The position numbers were made by a program, and so were the translations under genes. A stretch of 43,409 nt of DNA from NCBI GenBank assembly GCA_009602735.1, contig WELA01003518.1:1-43409 (forward strand). The letters run 5' to 3'. Below, piece after piece: positions 37,754 through 43,409 of the stretch (within the stretch, counting starts at the first letter, position 1; every line of letters starts with the position of its first letter). The DNA is from Mesotaenium endlicherianum. Lineage: Eukaryota. Under the pieces are notes generated by a model. That model searched no databases. It saw nothing but the letters and a program-made list of their open reading frames with translations, and was not told the DNA's origin.

Positions 37754-38812
37754 GGTTAGAGTTCCTAATCAGCTATAATTAGGGTGCTTTCTGGCTAAGT
37801 CAACAAAAAATCTATCAATAAGAGTGTACACCAAGTTAATGCTCAAGACTTGCGCTCGAGTGAGCTGCAATGTCTACTGAAAAATGGGTATCCTGAACGA
37901 TGCATCTGGATGTCATGTGCTTTCCAGGCCAATAACTGCCAGTGTTTAGTCATCGGTGGACACTTTCTGTGGCCTTGCCAGGAGCAGATTTTCGCGGCAT
38001 CGAGCGGGTCTACGTGAGCATGATATGACTTGAGAGCTGTATGAGCCGTCGGATACCAAACATGTCCTTCACTTCGAGGCTTGAGCCTTGCTTGAGCCCA
38101 ATCAAACCCGACGAACATCTTGTACGATTTGGCTATGTGGCCACAAGACGAGTGTCGTCCCCATGGTCGTTCCATCAGACTAGCCATTTTTCACCAATTC
38201 CTGTATATCGTGGACGTTCTGAAATTTTTTACGTGGCATACGCAAAGACTAGGTAAAGGCCAGACGGGGCCTTCTAGCTGCTGCAGCTTGCAAATATTAC
38301 TTCCTGCTTGTTCACACTTGTTCATTATAGCGGTCTCGTTACGAAGGAACCTCGGTCCTGAAAGATGCCCAATAATGGCATGTAAAGTCGCTCGTGTCGT
38401 TTCTGCGCGATCTTCTAGAAGCTGGAGTGCGCTCGAGGGTTGAACAGGCCCGCAGCAGGCACAGGGTGCCGCACAGCACTTTCTGGGAGAGTGCTCGAAG
38501 GGTGCAGCTTGTACGGGCTATGAACCTGAGCGCGGCTTTTGTGCGCTCAGGAGTAGCACCCATCTGCTTACCGTACGCGTTCGCTCATGCATTATGAGCA
38601 GTGAGCACGCTTCTATCAGTTCAGCGGACGATTTAATTTGGGGCTCCTGTTCTGTACCCATCAGGGATTGTATGTAGCCGTATGTTGAGGTCCGAGGTGT
38701 CCTTTCTAGTCCTGTTTATCCTGGACAAGGTATAGAGTCTGGAAGTAGTATCGCTCAGTTGCGGGATGGGGCTTACTTAGAAGCATTTTGTAATTGAAGC
38801 TAAGTGGGACAG

Positions 38813-41800
38813 ATGGCTCTTCTGAGTAGATCTCTCTGCGGCCCAAGCAGCACTTTGGCCTGCAAGTTATCCTCCTGGAGTGGATATCGGGGTGCAGCGC
38901 GCTCTCCAGTTTCTTCTCTCTGCATTACAACGCCAACTTGTTATCGCAAGCGCTCTGCCCATACTTTCGTCAGGTCACGTAACTCATACAAGGATGATCA
39001 CTCCGCCTGCTCCACAACTACTGGCCACTTTTCTAGGCCTAGCAGGGAAAAGCGCGTGTTGAATACTAGAGCAGTCAGCATCGGAGCAGCCGTCCCGAGT
39101 CCGTCTGTGAGTGATGCTTCCTATGGACACAAGGAAGTCATACAGGTCACCGAGCCTGTGTACGAGTACATACTTGCTAACACAAGGGAGCCCGAGGTTC
39201 GTGGACGTCCTTCTGCTCACAATTTGATAAATATCTGCTATGGAGTGATTGCCGGAGCAGTGTCCTGCTTCGTTGCGTAACGTGACGAGAAGGTGATGCG
39301 AGGCATCAGGAGGAGGATTTGTTGTGAGTGTGCTGTCAGCCACTCTATGAACCTCTGTGGAAGGCACATCTTCTGCCAGGTGTCTGGGACGTATAAGAAC
39401 AAGTATATGAGAAAGCCATGATGTCTGGGACGTATGAACAAATAGATGAAAGAGAACGGGTGAGAAGGAATGGACATATACAACAATGGGAATGTTACAA
39501 TGAAGGGAGAGCGAGTAGCTGCGAGCAAGCCTAAACCCTTACAACCCGCATGCAGCAAACTCCCAGAAGCCGGAATCTAGTCGACGCAGGAGTCTCCGTG
39601 TACCCGCACCGTTTGGCAGAAATGTCAATTCATTATCTCCTGCTATTGCAAGTGCCAGGCAGAGCGCTTGAGCACTCGGCACATACTTCGTGCCACATCC
39701 TCGTGCTATCGCAAATACCGCCAGCAAGAGCAGCCTCAGGCTCTTTCCGCACATGAGCCAACTTACGCACCCATAGCCCACAGCGGATGTCCTGTACGCC
39801 GTGTCCTCTCCTGCTACAACGAGTGCGAGAGCCAGTCAGGCTTAGGCGTAGCGCGTAAGCACTCTGGAAGAGACCCTTTGAAACGAGCCAGCTGGCCGCA
39901 CTGCTCTTCTTCATCTTCTTGACACGTGGCGCTCTCCCGGCTCCCCGGGCTCTGCCCTGTTCTTTGCTGCTGTTGACGACGCTAAACACTCCTTACCCCC
40001 CCCCCCTCCCCCCNNNNNNNNNNNNNNNNNNNNNNNNNNNNNNNNNNNNNNNNNNNNNNNNNNNNNNNNNNNNNNNNNNNNNNNNNNNNNNNNNNNNNNN
40101 NNNNNNNNNNNNNNNNNNNNNNNNNNNNNNNNNNNNNNNNNNNNNNNNNNNNNNNNNNNNNNNNNNNNNNNNNNNNNNNNNNNNNNNNNNNNNNNNNNNN
40201 NNNNNNNNNNNNNNNNNNNNNNNNNNNNNNNNNNNNNNNNNNNNNNNNNNNNNNNNNNNNNNNNNNNNNNNNNNNNNNNNNNNNNNNNNNNNNNCCTCTC
40301 GCCCCCCCCCCCATCATGGCTGTGTCATGCTCGCTTTATAGCATACAGGGGGAATGGCTGGTACAAGCCTGCCAAGCTGCAAGAGTGAATCAACCCAGTG
40401 CTTGGACGCACTCGAATGATTCCAAGTCCTCGCACCCTTGAGCTTCAAAACCTCAAGCTCTAAAACTTGAGGCCCTCAGCTTGGAACTGTACACCCTAAT
40501 CATCCTGGCATTGCATGCGACTGCCTTGTGAAGACCTTGGCTCGCGCCCATCCTTGCACCCCCAACTGCGGCACCCAAAACTCTAACCATGATCTTAAAC
40601 CTTCGACTCTGCACACGCGGCTCCCCATTGGAGATCTTGGCGCTGGCTCATCTCTGGACCCTGCTCTGCGACACCTTCAACCCTAAACTCCAAACCTTAG
40701 CCCTGATCCACGACCCTGACTCCGCACGCGCGGCTGCCTGACGCAGATCCTGGCCCAGCTTCGGCAAGAGACGTCCAGCATGATCGGCCGCGAGATGCAG
40801 GTGGGCTCATCACCCTGCTGCCGCATGCCACTGCCGCATGACGCTACTCCCGGGCCCAGCGTACGCGTGGCGGCGGCGCTGCTGCGTGGCGCTGCTGCAT
40901 GCGGCTGCTGTTGGGCACAGTCGGGGGCTGCTCTGAGCGGCACCATTCCGGGGGGGAGGGGGGGGGGGCGAGGTCGGGCTGTTTGCTAGCCATGCTGCCG
41001 GCTCGGGGTTCATTCTAGGGTTTACAGCTTGCTGGAGTTTAGGACTGAGCGGGGGGAGCAGGGTTTCCGGTGTAGGCTCGGTTTAGGTCGCCAGCTTCAT
41101 GTAAGGGTTTCGGGTGTGACTGGAAATCCTGACGATAATGCAAGCTCCGCTCACTCCGTGACTCGTCTTTGCGAGGAGTGCAGTTGGCCGGCTTTTGAGA
41201 GGTCTTTAAGGAGTCGACTCTGGCCGTTGCTTGCCGCCCCCAGCTCTGGTTGGCGGTTCTGGTGCTCTGCTGGGGAATAGAAAGAGGGAGGGCGGGGAAG
41301 AGGGTCTAGGGTCTAGGCTTCGAGGTCTAGGCTAGGGTGTAGGGCGGAGGGCGGAGGGGGGAAGGGAAGGAAGGCAAGGCCTTGGGGCCCACCAAGAGCT
41401 GCTGGGCAACCGGGGCAGCCACAGAGAAAGGCCGCCACTCTGCCCACGCGGGGAAGGGCTATGGCTGCTGCCTGTAAGGGGAAGGGCAACCAGAACCCGC
41501 CCATTGTAGCGTGACAAGTGTAATGCTGTGAGGGCCTCCTTGCGGGCGGAGGACGGAAGTCTTGGCCGGCCCTTTCCCCCCCTCCCTCCTTCCTCGGGGG
41601 GGCCCTGTTTGGCGCCACTGTGCTTCCGCCCTACTGCTGCTGCTGCGGATGACGGCCTGGCCCGCTTCGCCCCCCTGTGCCGGCTGACTGACTGGCGGCA
41701 GGAGGGGGAGGGGGAGAGAACAGGTGTCGCCGGAGCAGGGGCAGTTCCTGGCCATGCTGGTGAAGCTGATGGGCGCCACGCGCTGCATCGAGGTCGGCGT

Positions 41801-43198
41801 CTACACCGTAAGATGCCGAGATCAAACGCTCCTCGCGTCCCCTCCCTGCCCCTCTCCTTCTCTTCCCTGTAACCCCTCCCCTCGCCTTGCCTCCCTCCCC
41901 TTTCCTCCCCCCCGCACCCCTCCCGCCTCCCCTCCCCTGCCTTCTCCTCCCCTTCCTTCTCCTCCACTCCCCTCCCCTCCTCTCCCCTCTGCTATCCCAG
42001 GTTTGCCCCCCTCTCCTTTGCGTTCATGGTGCCCTTCGGCGAAGCAGGAGGGCCGCAAGGCAGCTTCTTGTGGTGCCCTTTGGTGGAGCAGGAGCTTGCA
42101 GGGGCGTGGGTGCGTGCACCGCGCGCGTGGCGATTGGCAGCTGAGAGAAAGAGGGCGGAGGGGGGGAGGTGGGGCGCAGGGGTACTCATCGGTCTCAGTG
42201 GCGCTGGCACTACCTGAGGGCGGCACGCTGGTGGCGTGCGAGCGTGTGGCGCCCACTCTGGCCGTCGCACGCAAGTACTACGCACTGGCAGGCGTCGCCC
42301 ACAAGGTCCGCAGGCACATGCCCCCACCTTCCCACCTCCTCCCAGGCCCTGAAGCAATCACCCTGACTGATTACCCTGATTTGTCCTCCCTCGCCACTCC
42401 CACCCATGCCCCTCCTCTTACTCACTCCCTCACTTGCTCTCTCACTCGCTCACGCACGCCACGCGCACAACTCACCCACTCTTGCCTGCTCTTGCCTACA
42501 TGCGCGGGCATGGGCACCCGGTCGGTCCCTCCCTACTCCCCACTCGATCAGTCGTTGCTCTCACACTCACGCACGCATTCAGCACACACTTCTGCCCACA
42601 CGCACATGCGTCACGCAGGCGCAGGCGCACACTGGCATGGATGGGATAGGGGCCTGCAGCAACCCCCTCGTCCTCCCTCCCGTGCTTGCATTCACGCATA
42701 CATGTGCATGTACAGACATGTGCGTGCCCATGCATGCACTCTCGTGCGCTTCCCAACGCATTCTCAAACAGAGGCACGTGCGCGTGCTCCGCCCTCCCAT
42801 GCATGCTTGTGCTCTCACATGCACGCATGCACCCACATACATACGCATACACAGAAACATGTTGGCATGCATGCCCTTGCACGTGGTCTCCCCCCCCCCC
42901 CCCGGGTTTTCTCCTGAAAGGATCCCGGCCCTGCCCCACACCACAGCAAATGCATCAGGCCTGCCTCGCCACGGAAAAAACAGCAGGTTTATGGAGGACG
43001 TTTGTGGACGTGTTCAAATGGCGGAGGCAGTAGACAGGTGACACGTGGCGCAAGCACTCATGGATTGCCCCTCACAACGGACTTGGCGCTGATGGTGGGC
43101 GGCGCGGGTGCGCGCGTGTGTGCGTGACAGGTGGACGTGCGGGAGGGCATGGCTCAGGACACCCTGGCTGCCATGCTGGCTGCAGGCGAGGCCAACAG
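38813..43198 (+). CDS. SAM-dependent class I (CCoAOMT-like, Methyltransf_3) O-methyltransferase with N-terminal transit peptide; exons 38813-39196, 40747-40800, 41724-41807, 42180-42305, 43131-43198; continues beyond the right edge
   Basis: Spliced: YGHKEVIQVTEPVYEYILANTREPE|ILAQLRQETSSMIGREMQ|VSPEQGQFLAMLVKLMGATRCIEVGVYT|GYSSVSVALALPEGGTLVACE..YYALAGVAHK|VDVREGMAQDTL. EVGVYTGYS is the SAM-binding motif. It resembles the At3g61990/At3g62000 clade from memory. Confidence 0.92.
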
Positions 43199-43352
43199 GT
43201 TTGTGTGCTTGCTCGTGCCTGTGCGCGTGCCTGTGCCTGTGCGCGTGGGTGTGCCGGTGCATGTGCTTGCGCGCGTTTGTGTTTCTCTTGGGCTCATGCA
43301 AATTCTTCCTTGGTGGCGAGCCCTTCTAACCTTGACCTGGTCTGCCTGCCAG

Positions 43353-43387
<35 letters not shown>

Positions 43388-43409
43388 ACATCCCCTCTGC
43401 TGCCTCTCC

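Overview
Eukaryotic nuclear DNA with intron-rich genes, most likely from a streptophyte green alga (inferred from land-plant-like gene families, GC-rich exons and microsatellite-laden introns). It is a draft assembly with several N gaps. I reconstructed seven protein-coding genes by hand from splice sites and recalled family motifs: (1) a minus-strand CFM2-like chloroplast CRM-domain splicing factor running off the left edge, absent from the ORF track; (2) a chloroplast RAP-domain protein; (3) a tonoplast sugar transporter (TST/TMT) with a GC-AG first intron; (4) an At3g04020-like split-barrel protein with an added organelle-presequence-like N-terminus; (5) a divergent PLATZ zinc-finger gene in an AT-richer island; (6) type-A chloroplast FtsH (FtsH1/5); (7) a CCoAOMT-like O-methyltransferase running off the right edge. 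Six of them form three head-to-head pairs. I found no RNA genes, CRISPR arrays or recognisable transposases. The most unusual signals are in the introns: G/purine-rich acceptors paired with C-rich 5' ends, decayed copies of exon starts upstream of the real exons, inverted telomere-like tracts flanking small exons, and a 5'-to-3' rise in GC. All homology calls are from memory of the families, not from database searches.
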